Positions 15,136-25,872 are shown, counted from the stretch's first letter. The stretch: DNA of 37,097 bases from a virus (IMGVR_UViG_3300024251_000023:1-37097), one strand, 5' to 3'. Made by a program: numbers and translations. The notes: generated from the sequence alone by a model not told the origin.

Positions 15136-16452
15136 ATGGCAGTTTTCCCCAATAACATTTTACAACAGGTGCAAACCTACCAACGTTCAGGTCTTGCACT
15201 TTTACAAAACCTTTGCTGTCACATTGCGACTGCAAATACTAAATTCAAAGATTTTGACAAGATTCAAGCGAACCTTGGCTCGACAGTGACGTTTGATTTA
15301 CCACCTAGAGCAACAACTGTTGCAGGATTAGTGGCATCATTCCAACCTGCCGTTCAGCGCGTTCAACAATTAGTGTGTGACCAAGCGAACAACAGTTCAT
15401 TCGCTGTTACATCTCAACAACGTATCTTCAACTTGGAAAAAGGCGAAGAAGACTACATGCGAGTCTTTGGTAAGTCATTCATTGCTGAGTTGGCGACTCA
15501 AGTAGAGGGTAACGTCGCTAAGAACTGGGATAGCTCAGTCAGAAGCCAATTAGACGGCACATTAAACTCTTACTCAGGCCCCTATCGTTTCTACGGTAAC
15601 GGAACTACAGCGCTTACTTCTTACCAACAATTATCTCAGGCCATCATGTTCTTCAAGAACTACGGCTCTGTAGCAGAAGGAATCAAAGTGTATCTACCTG
15701 ATACCGTTGTTCCTAGTGTTGTCGGTAACGGTCTTAACCAATTCGTCCCACATCGTAACGATGAAATCGCGATGTCATGGGAAATTGGTGACTTCGGTAC
15801 GCCATTAGTCAGCTACTATCAGTCAAACTTGATGCCTATTCACGTCTCCGGTAATACTGGCGTGAATCAAAGCGTTCTGACTGTAGTATCTACTAACGAC
15901 CCAACTGGACAAAATGTGACACAAATCACTGTTAGCGGTGCCGGCACAAGTGATGCCGATGCTGTTTTTTCTGGTGACTTGTTCCAGTTCCAAGACGGCG
16001 TTAGTGGTCAACCGAACATGCGCTATTTGACCTTCATTGGCCACTTCCCTAGTGCAAACCCTGTACAGTTTAGAGCAACAGCTGATGCTGCCTCTAACGC
16101 ATCAGGGGTCGTGACTATCAACATCACGCCTGCGCTTAACTGGGCTGGTGGACAAAACCAAAACCTAAATAACCCAATCGCCGCGGGCATGCAGATTCTT
16201 GGTCTGCCTTCTCATCGTGCTGGCGGTATCTTAGGTGGTGAAGCGTTCTACTTAGCAATGCCTCGGTTGCCAGAACAAAGTCCTTATGACACAGCCAATG
16301 AGCATGACGAAGACACCGGTGTTTCATTACGACTCACTTACGGTTCTTTGTTTGGTCAAAACCAGACAGGCATGATTTACGACGAGACTCACGGTTCGGT
16401 TATCGTACCTGAGTACTCTATGCGTTATGTCATACCTCTATCTCAAGGCTAA
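15136..16452 (+). CDS. Major capsid protein (P22 gp5-like)
   Basis: 438 aa; position; LGSTVTFDLPPR; I-domain-like GDLFQF..GV, QFRATADA, TINITPAL; AFYLAMPRLP, GVSLRL. Confidence 0.9.
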   Translation: MAVFPNNILQQVQTYQRSGLALLQNLCCHIATANTKFKDFDKIQANLGSTVTFDLPPRATTVAGLVASFQPAVQRVQQLVCDQANNSSFAVTSQQRIFNLEKGEEDYMRVFGKSFIAELATQVEGNVAKNWDSSVRSQLDGTLNSYSGPYRFYGNGTTALTSYQQLSQAIMFFKNYGSVAEGIKVYLPDTVVPSVVGNGLNQFVPHRNDEIAMSWEIGDFGTPLVSYYQSNLMPIHVSGNTGVNQSVLTVVSTNDPTGQNVTQITVSGAGTSDADAVFSGDLFQFQDGVSGQPNMRYLTFIGHFPSANPVQFRATADAASNASGVVTINITPALNWAGGQNQNLNNPIAAGMQILGLPSHRAGGILGGEAFYLAMPRLPEQSPYDTANEHDEDTGVSLRLTYGSLFGQNQTGMIYDETHGSVIVPEYSMRYVIPLSQG

Positions 16453-16457
16453 TTTGG

Positions 16458-16483
16458 TGGTGCCCTCATTGATGAGGGTACCA
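16458..16483 (+). terminator. Strong hairpin after the coat gene (stabiliser or terminator)
   Basis: TGGTGCCCTCA-TTGA-TGAGGGTACCA; no U-tract on +. Confidence 0.5.
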
Positions 16484-16508
16484 AAACAAACTTATTAAGG
16501 ATGATAAA

Positions 16509-17369
16509 ATGGCTACCAATATACAAATACAAAATGATCCGATTTATTCACTGCCTCATCTCTATATCAGTGGCTTGAATATTTCGATTGCTTCTACAAC
16601 TATTCTAGCAATCGCTCCTGGTCAAGCACGTGACTCGAATGACAATATCGATATGCCAGTTGGGTTTCCTAACCTGCAAGGTATTACCGAGCCTGCTATT
16701 CAGTTTCAAAACTATCAACCACCTTTGCTGATTAATGCAGCAACTAATGGTGCAAATGGTCTTGATTCAGGTTCCTTAGCTGCTAGTACACAATATGCTG
16801 TCTACTTGATAGGTGACTCTCGTGGTTACTTACCTGTGGCTGGTATCTTGTCGCTGACATCTAATGCGTTCCCTCTGCTGCCACAAGGCTATGACTCTTA
16901 CCGCTTACTTGGTTTCCAAGCAACCGGTGGTAGCTCTACTTTTGTGTACGCAACTTCCAAACCACAAAACATGGTTGGTGCTCTGGCTTATTACAACCAG
17001 CCACCTATTTCTGTTTTGGCAGGTGGTACTGCCACAAGCTTTACTGCAATTGACTTAACGACTAGCTCCGCAGTCCCAACGACTACATTGCAAAACGTTA
17101 TTGTTGACCTGTTAGTAACGTTTGTACCTGCGGCTGTGGGTGACACACTCCAGTTTAGACCTACTGGAAGCACTGCAACGGCTGGTCTTGTGACAATTAC
17201 AGGGGCAACAGCGGGAATTGCTCAAAGCCAATATATTCAAGTGATTGCAGGCGTCGGAAGCTCAAAACCTGAGATTGACTACAAAGTTACCTCCGGTAGT
17301 GATTCAGCAACCGTGCTTGTAGCGGGCTGGACTGGTGTTTCTAACACTGCTTACCCAGCACTTGTTTAA
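16509..17369 (+). CDS. Putative structural (decoration/spike) protein
   Basis: Position after coat; GANGLDSGSLAASTQYAVYLI motif typical of virion appendages. Confidence 0.65.
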   Translation: MATNIQIQNDPIYSLPHLYISGLNISIASTTILAIAPGQARDSNDNIDMPVGFPNLQGITEPAIQFQNYQPPLLINAATNGANGLDSGSLAASTQYAVYLIGDSRGYLPVAGILSLTSNAFPLLPQGYDSYRLLGFQATGGSSTFVYATSKPQNMVGALAYYNQPPISVLAGGTATSFTAIDLTTSSAVPTTTLQNVIVDLLVTFVPAAVGDTLQFRPTGSTATAGLVTITGATAGIAQSQYIQVIAGVGSSKPEIDYKVTSGSDSATVLVAGWTGVSNTAYPALV

Positions 17370-17399
17370 TTGCTTTAAGAACTCAAGGAGTGAGTTACT

Positions 17400-18182
17400 A
17401 TGCCCTATACAGCAGAACAATTAGTTACTCGCTCCTGGTTTTTATCAGGCATCGTAGCAAGAAATCTTCAAGTACCGACAGGCGATCAAATCTATGATGG
17501 CCTGCAAATGCTTAATGATTTATTAAACTTTAAGCAAATTGAAGTTGATTTAATCCCTTATTGGCAATACATCACGTTTAATGCAGTACCTCAACAGGAA
17601 TATTACTTTTTGCCTTATGTGGCACAAATTGAAGAGTCTACCTTCAACATTAACGTGGTGCGCTATCCTATGGTTCAAACGAGCCGTAGCAACTATTTCG
17701 GGTCTTCCAGGGTCGATAACATCTACACATTGCCGTTTTCATGGAACTATGAGCGGAGTGTTGGCGGTGGTACGTTTGGCATGTATTTCATCCCAGACCA
17801 ACCTTACCCAATTAAAATGAAGGTGAAAATATTCTTGGTGGATGTGACGCTCACCACCGACTTAACGAACATAACCCAGTCCTTGTTAGCACCGATTAAT
17901 GTGCCATTCTATACTCCTTACACCTTTATCAATAACGCAAATCAGGGGTATGACACATCCTACATTGAATATTTACGTTATGCCTTAGCGCAGTACATGT
18001 GTTCTGAATATGGTGTTCAATTTAACCCTGAATCAGAACGAGTACTTACTAGTTACAAACGAAAACTGATGTATGAGTCTCCACCAGACCTAACAGGAAA
18101 AAAACTTTCAATACTTTATGCAGACTCAAATCCTGGTTACAACTGGGGCGATGTCAATATTGGACACGGATGGAGGCCATAA
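17400..18182 (+). CDS. Head-tail adaptor (P22 gp4-like)
   Basis: TAEQLVTRS..LSGI...DGLQMLNDLL...YLRYALAQYMCSEYG pattern; synteny. Confidence 0.7.
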   Translation: MPYTAEQLVTRSWFLSGIVARNLQVPTGDQIYDGLQMLNDLLNFKQIEVDLIPYWQYITFNAVPQQEYYFLPYVAQIEESTFNINVVRYPMVQTSRSNYFGSSRVDNIYTLPFSWNYERSVGGGTFGMYFIPDQPYPIKMKVKIFLVDVTLTTDLTNITQSLLAPINVPFYTPYTFINNANQGYDTSYIEYLRYALAQYMCSEYGVQFNPESERVLTSYKRKLMYESPPDLTGKKLSILYADSNPGYNWGDVNIGHGWRP

Positions 18183-18183
18183 G

Positions 18184-18360
18184 ATGAGCGCTGATTTAAT
18201 GTCATTGGAATCGAAGGTCGCTCGTAATGAGGCTTACGTTGTACATATTCAGGACGACATTAAAGATATTAAGCGCAACATCAGATGGATTATAGGCATT
18301 CTTTTTAGTTTAAACGGCACAATCATTGGACTACTAGCCAAGGGTTTGAGCCTTATGTAA
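18184..18360 (+). CDS. Small coiled-coil protein with C-terminal TM helix (XhlA/holin-like)
   Basis: GGAGG SD; DIKDIKRNIRWIIGILFSLNGTIIGLLAKGL. Confidence 0.65.
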   Translation: MSADLMSLESKVARNEAYVVHIQDDIKDIKRNIRWIIGILFSLNGTIIGLLAKGLSLM

Positions 18361-18369
18361 GGACACTGA

Positions 18370-20079
18370 ATGATAACCCGAGGTAAGAATTTTCAACAAT
18401 TCCCGCTCAATCTTGTAGGCTCAAGCACCTTTGGTCGTTATCCAAAGATAAGCATTGAGAAGACCTACAATATGTTCATGTCTGATAATTTCATGGTGCC
18501 TTACGCAGGCTATCAAATTGCCGTTGACCAAGAAGACCTTGCTAATTTTGTAGAAGGGCGTGCCATATTCACCAGTACGAAATTCAATCGATTGGTGGTC
18601 GTTGAAGGCCAAAGCGTATTTCTGGTTAACATTCAGTACAACCAAGAATTTGAGCGTGTTGATTTTTTCCAAGTCTTTCGCATTGGATTACTGCAAACAC
18701 GCACAGGGGTTGTCTACATTGCAGAAAACAACAAGCCTCAGATTGGCTTTTCAGATGGCACTGCGTTTTATATTTACGACCCTACATTAATGCCGGTGTT
18801 CCAAGCAATACCACTAACGTTTGTGCCAGGGTATTTAACCTTCCATGATACCTATTTTATTTTAGCGTCAAAAGGGACAAACCAATGGCAGTTATCAGCC
18901 AACAACGATGGCACCGTGTGGCCTGGAAACAACGTTTCTACGGCGGCTGGAAGCGTTGGAGCGCTTGAGACAAAACCTGATAATGTGCAGGCTGTGGTAC
19001 GGTTCCCCTCAAAGGGTAATATGATATTTGTTATGGGTAGTATCGTCACCGAAGCATGGTTTGATACTGGCGCGCAACTCTTTCCTTATCAAAGGAATAA
19101 CCAATTTAATATTGACTATGGCTGCTTACAACCTGCAACTGTGGCGTACATGGACGAAGTCATTGTCTGGCTGGCGCAAAATGAGAAGTCTGGGCCTATC
19201 ATTATGTATTCAGATGGAGGAATGCCCAAAAAAATCACAACTGACGGCATCGACTATCTATTCTCTACCCTCCAAGACCCAGCGGACTCTCAAGCCTTCT
19301 TGTATCGTCAAGATGGCCATTTGTTTTATCATATTAACTTCTACAGCGATAATCTATCCCTTTTTTATGATTTCAACGCTGACAAGTTCTACCATGCCTG
19401 TGATCAAAACCTTAACTACTTTATTGCATCTGAGGTAGCTTTTTTTAACAATCAGTATTACTTTGTTACTAAAAACAACGGCAACATCTTTGCTTTTGAT
19501 ACAGCAATCACCACCTATCAAGACGTTGATACGATTGGCGATAAAGTGATTTATGAAATACCAAGGATTAGAACCTGCGCCAACATTCGTGCGCCAGACC
19601 AAGAGTATCGCATCATCAACGATGTAGGGTTTACGATTGAATCAGGTGAGATTGACTACCAGCAACAATCGCTTGGTGAGATTATCTTAATTACCCAAGC
19701 AGGAAATCCCTTGATTACCCAGGGCGACATTTTATCGCTCGTTACGCAAGACGGGAATTACCTTGAAAACCAAGACCAATTGAGTATCTATGTGAGCCAG
19801 CAAACCGTTGGCACTAGTTCTGCGTTACTCATTGCACAACAAGAAGGCAACACCGGCACGTCCAACTTGTCACTACCGCACGTTGATTTATCAATTTCCA
19901 CCGATGGTGGCGCTACCTTTGGTAATGAATGGGCGTATTACTTGCCACCTATTGGACACCGTAAAAACAGGTTGATGTGGTGGCAATGCGGTATTGCAAA
20001 TGACTTCGTGCCTCAATTTAAGTTCTGGGGCATGGGACGATTTGTAGCAACTGACGGGATTGTTAATACGAGGATTTAA
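18370..20079 (+). CDS. Packaged-DNA stabilisation/tail hub protein (P22 gp10-like)
   Basis: TFHDTYFI, GSIVTEAW, IDYGC, YRQDGHLFY, LSISTDGGATFGNE, IGHRKNRLMW. Confidence 0.85.
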   Translation: MITRGKNFQQFPLNLVGSSTFGRYPKISIEKTYNMFMSDNFMVPYAGYQIAVDQEDLANFVEGRAIFTSTKFNRLVVVEGQSVFLVNIQYNQEFERVDFFQVFRIGLLQTRTGVVYIAENNKPQIGFSDGTAFYIYDPTLMPVFQAIPLTFVPGYLTFHDTYFILASKGTNQWQLSANNDGTVWPGNNVSTAAGSVGALETKPDNVQAVVRFPSKGNMIFVMGSIVTEAWFDTGAQLFPYQRNNQFNIDYGCLQPATVAYMDEVIVWLAQNEKSGPIIMYSDGGMPKKITTDGIDYLFSTLQDPADSQAFLYRQDGHLFYHINFYSDNLSLFYDFNADKFYHACDQNLNYFIASEVAFFNNQYYFVTKNNGNIFAFDTAITTYQDVDTIGDKVIYEIPRIRTCANIRAPDQEYRIINDVGFTIESGEIDYQQQSLGEIILITQAGNPLITQGDILSLVTQDGNYLENQDQLSIYVSQQTVGTSSALLIAQQEGNTGTSNLSLPHVDLSISTDGGATFGNEWAYYLPPIGHRKNRLMWWQCGIANDFVPQFKFWGMGRFVATDGIVNTRI

Positions 20080-20080
20080 T

Positions 20081-20452
20081 ATGTCTACACCATCATCAAA
20101 ATTACAATCGATATTCCCTGACTTACCAAGGGAAATTCCTGTGTTGGATAAGAACGGTGATTTCTCGCCACTTTGGAGTCTAGGTATTTCATCTTTGTTT
20201 CAGGCGCTACAAGATAATTTTAAGAACGAAGGCATTATATTTCCACGGTTAAGTGCTGCCAACATTGCTAGCATTCAATCGATTTATACGCCTTATATTG
20301 GGTCTCCACTGCCAACAAACATACCGGATATATCAGGTCAAACAGTTTTCGATACGACTAATCGAGTATCAAAACAATTTGTGATAACCTATGATTTAAG
20401 CAGCCCGCCAAATGTTGTAACGGCGCAATGGAGGCAGTTTGTTTACCTATGA
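20081..20452 (+). CDS. Hypothetical virion protein
   Basis: GAGGA SD; between the gp10-like and ejection genes. Confidence 0.65.
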   Translation: MSTPSSKLQSIFPDLPREIPVLDKNGDFSPLWSLGISSLFQALQDNFKNEGIIFPRLSAANIASIQSIYTPYIGSPLPTNIPDISGQTVFDTTNRVSKQFVITYDLSSPPNVVTAQWRQFVYL

Positions 20453-20466
20453 TTTAAGGATGAATC

Positions 20467-21093
20467 ATGAGCTGGCTAAGTAACTTATTTAGTGGCGGGA
20501 AGAACCCCGCTGATGCTGCAATGCCGTATCTCAATCAGATACCAGGGCAGACCAATCAATATTTTGACCCTTGGTTTCAAGCGGGCAAAGGCGCGCTACC
20601 TAATCTGCAAGGCCAGTACGATCAGCTTTTAAAAGACCCTGGTTCACGATTAAATGAAATCGGTCAATCCTTCCAGCAATCCCCTGGTTTTAAATTTGCG
20701 CTTGATCAGGCTATGCAGGGTGCAAATCACGCAGCCGCAGCCGGTGGTATGGCAGGGACTCCACAACATCAACAACAGGCGATGGAACTAGCCACACAAT
20801 TAGGCAACCAAGAATATAACAATTATCTGCAAAATGCGCTGGGATTATATGGTGCAGGCTTATCTGGTGAACAAGGACTGTCTCAACAAGGACAACAAGC
20901 AGGGCAAAGCATGGCAGACATGATAGCCCAAACCTTAGCACAGCAATCAAACTTAGCCTTTAGAGGCCAGCAAGAAAAGAACTCTCAACGTAACTCCCTG
21001 TTAGGCGGCTTAGGGCGTCTAGGTGGCGCTGCATTAGGAGGCTTTGCTGGTGGCCCATGGGGTGCGTTTGCAGGCTGGAATGCAATGAAGTAA
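20467..21093 (+). CDS. DNA ejection/pilot protein (P22 gp7-like)
   Basis: PWFQAG..AL, QSPGFKFALDQ, AAAAGG; G/Q/A-rich. Confidence 0.75.
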   Translation: MSWLSNLFSGGKNPADAAMPYLNQIPGQTNQYFDPWFQAGKGALPNLQGQYDQLLKDPGSRLNEIGQSFQQSPGFKFALDQAMQGANHAAAAGGMAGTPQHQQQAMELATQLGNQEYNNYLQNALGLYGAGLSGEQGLSQQGQQAGQSMADMIAQTLAQQSNLAFRGQQEKNSQRNSLLGGLGRLGGAALGGFAGGPWGAFAGWNAMK

Positions 21094-21102
21094 GGAGCAG
21101 TC

Positions 21103-22317
21103 ATGGCATTTACATTTAACAATTATGCTACCAACGAACTCACGAAGTCCCCGATTGGCGACATCATCAATAATCTATTCGGTGGCTATGAGCAGGGCGT
21201 TAAGGCGAGCTATCTACAGCCTGCAATGGCTGAGGAACTCAAAAAAGCTAAGCTTTTTAATGAGTACTATGCGCCTGATCTTGAATCTCAAATAGGCCTT
21301 CGTAAAGCCCAAACGGGAGAGGCAGGTGCTCGTACAGGACTTATTGGTGAACAAACCAAAGGCGCTCGTATCGAAAACCAATACCTACCCCAATATAAAC
21401 AAGCACAAATTGAACAATTGCAAGCAGCAGCGCAAAAAGCACGTCTTTTACAAATGATTCGTGAACAGTTCTTTCAGGGTGGTCAACAAGCTCCTGGTGG
21501 CATGCAAGGCGGCAATATGGGTATGTTCCAAGGCCAAGGCATGCCAGACCCCAACCAAGCTGCACAATTGCAGCAACCACAACAACAGCAAATGCAACCA
21601 GGAAACTATGCGCAAGCAGCCATTGCTCAGCAGGCATTAGGTCTTGGCGCTCCAAAGATTGTTGAGGCAAATGGCAAATATTTAGCGATTAGCCCTTTTG
21701 GCGTGACCGATACAGGTGCTCAAGGTTTGACTGAAATGCAGAAAAACCTTTCTAAAGAAGATGCAAAAAAGATTTCTAAGTTAGAAGATATTGTCTTAAG
21801 TGGCGCTCAGAAAACAGATACCTTCAATGAGCTTAATACTGATTTAGGTAGTCGCATGTTTGAAGAGATGCGCCAAAATCCAATACTTGGTCGTCATGAG
21901 TTAGGCTGGTATGAAAAGTTCGGAACCCCAGAACAGCAGGAAATGATTGGTCGCGTTAAAACGCACATGGGTAATATTATTAAAGATTCTGCTCGTGATT
22001 TTGCAGGTCAGTTTCGTATAGGAGAGCAAGCTCTTTTAAATGATATGAAACCCAATGTTGGTGATAGTTTAGATACCATGAAGGGTAAAGCCGAGGCACT
22101 CACCTATCTTAATGCCATCATGAGTAAACGTGCTGAGATTGAAGCGGACTTGATGCGCAATTATGGTGTCAGCGCTCTTGAAGCCAAGCTTGCTGCTGAT
22201 AGAAAAATAAACACAAAAGATATTAAGAAAGAAATTGGAACCATTTTACACCCTGCATCATCAACTAAAATTACGGCTCAACAGATTCGCGAAGAGCTAG
22301 CAAGGAGAGGGCAGTAA
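21103..22317 (+). CDS. DNA ejection protein (gp20-like position)
   Basis: Q/A/G-rich helical; synteny. Confidence 0.6.
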   Translation: MAFTFNNYATNELTKSPIGDIINNLFGGYEQGVKASYLQPAMAEELKKAKLFNEYYAPDLESQIGLRKAQTGEAGARTGLIGEQTKGARIENQYLPQYKQAQIEQLQAAAQKARLLQMIREQFFQGGQQAPGGMQGGNMGMFQGQGMPDPNQAAQLQQPQQQQMQPGNYAQAAIAQQALGLGAPKIVEANGKYLAISPFGVTDTGAQGLTEMQKNLSKEDAKKISKLEDIVLSGAQKTDTFNELNTDLGSRMFEEMRQNPILGRHELGWYEKFGTPEQQEMIGRVKTHMGNIIKDSARDFAGQFRIGEQALLNDMKPNVGDSLDTMKGKAEALTYLNAIMSKRAEIEADLMRNYGVSALEAKLAADRKINTKDIKKEIGTILHPASSTKITAQQIREELARRGQ

Positions 22318-22318
22318 C

Positions 22319-23593
22319 ATGGCTGATAATGACTTATCAAAGTACTCAACAGAAGAATTACAAGCCATGCTTGGTAAGATGGAAGGCTCATCCAGTGAGC
22401 CTCAAGGTCAAGAGCACCCAGGATTACTTAAATCGCTTGGACAAGGTTATTTAAACTATGCAAAAGGTGCGTTGCGCGGAATGGGTCAAGCGGCTGGAGA
22501 TTTTGGAGCATCTACCGTTAACTGGCCTATATCAGGCATTGAGAAATTAACCGGTGCTCATATACCACATGTTCCTCATCCCAATTTGTTAAACGAACAT
22601 CCAGGCTCGCTGGGTGAATCGATAGGACAAAATGTTGGTCAATTTGGCGCAATGTTAGGCTTGCCAGGCGGGGTAGGTGTTAAAGCTGCTCAGTTAGCCA
22701 ACAAAGGCTATCAGGCTTTGCGTGCCGGCCAAAAACTGCCGTTAATTGGCAAATTATTAGCTGGTGGCGCAGGTGGTGCATTAGAAGGTGCTGCTGGCAA
22801 TGAAGAAAATAGACCTTTAGGTGCTAAGATTGGTGCTGTTTTAGGTGCAGGCGGTCAAGGCGCTGCGAGTGCGCTAGGTTTTGCTCAAGGCATTCGATCA
22901 AAGAACATTGCCAATCAAGTTAAAAACGAATTTGAACGACTTGGTCAACATTTTAATGAACGCTTTACTGGACATTTAGCGGCCGGTGAGGAAGCAGGCG
23001 CTAATAAGTTCATGCGTCCTGAAAAAGCCAATATGAAGCTGCTTAAAAAAGCAGGGGAAGGAAAGCTCGCTTATGGGCTTGAGAAGTTTAATGAAAACCC
23101 AACGCTTTCAAATGCGCATCAAGCACAATCTGACCTTAATAAAATCGTGAAAAAGTACTCACGCTCCAAGGAAGGAACGCTTGAATCAGATGTTCATTCA
23201 GAGGCTTTGAAGCTTAAAAACCGGTTACTTAAAAAGATTTCAGAAGGATTTGAGAAGGCTGGTGCTAAAGAACATGGTGAAGGCTATCAGCAATCTCGCG
23301 TTGATTATGCAAACGAGATGGCGCCCTACCTTGATAGTCCTACCATCAATGCGTTGCTTGGTCGAAATAAACGTGGCGTACCTACTATTCGTCCTAAAGA
23401 ATTTGCAGATAAACTACTGCAAGAAGAAGAATTTTTAGCACAATCAGGTCAAAAACATCCTGAATTGTTGCAACGAGAGAAGTATAATAAACTCAAAAGT
23501 AATAAGCTTGCTCAAGGAGCTGCATTAGGTGCTGGTGGTCTTGCTACTGCATTTTTTCCGTATGAGATAAGAAAGCTTTTAGGCGCACATTAA
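22319..23593 (+). CDS. DNA ejection protein (gp16-like position)
   Basis: DLSKYSTEELQAM N-terminus; Gly-zipper-like segments; synteny. Confidence 0.6.
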   Translation: MADNDLSKYSTEELQAMLGKMEGSSSEPQGQEHPGLLKSLGQGYLNYAKGALRGMGQAAGDFGASTVNWPISGIEKLTGAHIPHVPHPNLLNEHPGSLGESIGQNVGQFGAMLGLPGGVGVKAAQLANKGYQALRAGQKLPLIGKLLAGGAGGALEGAAGNEENRPLGAKIGAVLGAGGQGAASALGFAQGIRSKNIANQVKNEFERLGQHFNERFTGHLAAGEEAGANKFMRPEKANMKLLKKAGEGKLAYGLEKFNENPTLSNAHQAQSDLNKIVKKYSRSKEGTLESDVHSEALKLKNRLLKKISEGFEKAGAKEHGEGYQQSRVDYANEMAPYLDSPTINALLGRNKRGVPTIRPKEFADKLLQEEEFLAQSGQKHPELLQREKYNKLKSNKLAQGAALGAGGLATAFFPYEIRKLLGAH

Positions 23594-23601
23594 GGACAAT
23601 T

Positions 23602-25227
23602 ATGCCAATTAACGTGGATTTGTTAATCGCAGCCCCGATGCTGCAAGATGCCTTTGTAGATAAAGACGGCACGCCTATGGCTGGTGGTGTAGTAACCTGC
23701 TACCGAGATAACAGTAGAACAACTTTAAAAAATTGGTATTATCAGTCAGGAACACCAGGGAACTACACTTATGTTCCATTGCCTAATCCGCTTACTTTGA
23801 GTGCTGCCGGCACCATCTGTGATATTAATGGCGTTGATACAATTCCGTTCTTCTATCCGTACAGTGAGTTAGATCAAAATACCAGAGAGCCGTATTACAT
23901 CACGATCGTAAATCATGCTCAAACCAACCAAATTACAAGGGCTAACTTCCCGTTCTTACCTACCGAAGAAAACCAACCAGGACAAGGGTCTCATGAGAAC
24001 TACATTATCAATAATGTGTTCTGGCGCAACATTGGTTCTGCTAATTTAACAAACGTTAATGTCATGAAAATGTGTCCAAGTCAACACGCAACATTTACAG
24101 CACCAGACATTAATTTTGTGAAGAACGCCTTAGGAAACCAAGACACGGTGACTTTCACACCATTTCCTTTGCAGACCACTTCTATTTTAGAAGGAGACCC
24201 AACGCCTGAGTTTTATTTAAACCATAACTGTGCGACGAGTTCCGCAGTTGGTGAAACGCAAAAAGGTTATTTATTTCCGATTACGTTGCATTTAAACACG
24301 TTGGCTTCATTCTCCTATACCTTTACTATTCAGGCGCAAAATGTCGGTGGTTCCGCCCCAGGACAGAATGTGTTGCAGGCTTATTTTATTCAAGACACGG
24401 GAACTGGAACAACAATACCGCCTTTCACTTTGATTGGCGCTATGACGTTGAATAGTGCGTGGACTAAATATGAATTTTCAGGCGTTACACCATCTACATC
24501 TGGACTTTCATTAAGCCAGGTAGGAGATGACGCACTTTATTTGTATATTCAGGTTCCATTAAACACCAGTTGCAGTATCAACTTTACGAAACCGTCGTTT
24601 TATTTAAGTAACGATCCCCCCACTAACAGTTTTGCGACTTACGATCAGATTGATTCTGTCGTTAATACGCCTCGCACTGGTGATGTGCGCATGTCCTTAA
24701 ACATATTTCAGCCTTATGGTTGGGTTATTGCTAATGATGGCACTATTGGGTCAGCAGCATCTGGGGCTACAACACGTGCGAACGTTGATACATGGCCTCT
24801 TTATAATACGTTGTGGTCTAATGTGTCTGATACATGGGCGCCAGTCTCAGGCGGTCGTGGTGTCAGCGCCTATGCAGACTTCGTGGCCAATAAAACAATG
24901 GGCTTACCAAAAACATTGAGTCGCGTTCTTGGTGCAGCAGGAGCGGGAGCGGGATTAACGCCATGGTCACTTGGCCAAAATACCGGTACAGAATCACAAA
25001 ATGTGACGTTAACAACCAATGAATTACCGAGCCATAACCACCCAGGAAGTTCGGGTACTTATGTATTAGGTAATGGAGGCGGAGGTACATTGCCGACCCC
25101 TGCTAACTTGACGCCATTAACTACTGGCCCTGTAACAGTAAACGTTGCACCACAAGGTCTTGGGCTACCTTTTAACGTATCACACATGCAGCCCTCGGTG
25201 TTTTACAATGTGTTTTTTAAATTGTAA
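23602..25227 (+). CDS. Tail fibre/spike protein with tail-collar-like C-terminal domain
   Basis: FVDKDGTPMAGGVV..NPLTLSAAG N-terminus; TGDVRM..GWVIANDGTIG; LTTNELPSHNH; MQPSVFYNVFFKL. Confidence 0.8.
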   Translation: MPINVDLLIAAPMLQDAFVDKDGTPMAGGVVTCYRDNSRTTLKNWYYQSGTPGNYTYVPLPNPLTLSAAGTICDINGVDTIPFFYPYSELDQNTREPYYITIVNHAQTNQITRANFPFLPTEENQPGQGSHENYIINNVFWRNIGSANLTNVNVMKMCPSQHATFTAPDINFVKNALGNQDTVTFTPFPLQTTSILEGDPTPEFYLNHNCATSSAVGETQKGYLFPITLHLNTLASFSYTFTIQAQNVGGSAPGQNVLQAYFIQDTGTGTTIPPFTLIGAMTLNSAWTKYEFSGVTPSTSGLSLSQVGDDALYLYIQVPLNTSCSINFTKPSFYLSNDPPTNSFATYDQIDSVVNTPRTGDVRMSLNIFQPYGWVIANDGTIGSAASGATTRANVDTWPLYNTLWSNVSDTWAPVSGGRGVSAYADFVANKTMGLPKTLSRVLGAAGAGAGLTPWSLGQNTGTESQNVTLTTNELPSHNHPGSSGTYVLGNGGGGTLPTPANLTPLTTGPVTVNVAPQGLGLPFNVSHMQPSVFYNVFFKL

Positions 25228-25309
25228 GATGTGAAATTAATGTCGATGCTGTAGACATGATGTCACAATGTGTCGATAAAAATGGATTCTATTAACATAA
25301 GGATATGTT

Positions 25310-25663
25310 ATGAGCACGGTATTAAACTTCGGTAGAGACGTGCAAGGTTACAATGCCTACGCACCACAAGATTCTACCAATAAGTGGAGCGCTACGCTGT
25401 CTGCTGGCGTTGCCTCTAGTATTACAGTTCCTAGTAACTATCCTGTTTGGATTGTTGCCTTTAGTCCTCAACCTGGAACTAATGTCTGGGTAGATTTCAC
25501 AGGAGCGACCGCAGCCTCGCCTGTCGGTGGAACTTTAGCCTCTACTACTTCCAGTTTAAATCCCGGTCAACGTACCGTTTTAGCCGGCACCAATATCTCC
25601 GTTATTACGGATAACACTACGGCTGATATAGGAATAGAGCTTTGGGCTGTAGGATTGCCATAA
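25310..25663 (+). CDS. Small beta-rich virion protein
   Basis: AAGGA SD; composition. Confidence 0.7.
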   Translation: MSTVLNFGRDVQGYNAYAPQDSTNKWSATLSAGVASSITVPSNYPVWIVAFSPQPGTNVWVDFTGATAASPVGGTLASTTSSLNPGQRTVLAGTNISVITDNTTADIGIELWAVGLP

Positions 25664-25857
25664 TGGATAGCAGAGACCCTTACTGTAGAGGATTTAAATT
25701 TGACAGACCAATGCGCATGGCAACAGATAATGTCGCTGGGCATATTCCTTCTGGCGAATACAATCCCGTACCACCACCAATAGCTGATTTTTTCTTATTG
25801 CTCGATGGTACAAACTTTTTGCTTTTGGATGGCTCAGACTTTTTATTGTTATCATGA
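25663..25857 (+). CDS. Small protein with C-terminal FLLLDG repeats
   Basis: TAATG overlap; FFLLLDGTNFLLLDGSDFLLL. Confidence 0.7.
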   Translation: MDSRDPYCRGFKFDRPMRMATDNVAGHIPSGEYNPVPPPIADFFLLLDGTNFLLLDGSDFLLLS

Positions 25858-25872
25858 ATAAGGATATTCATA

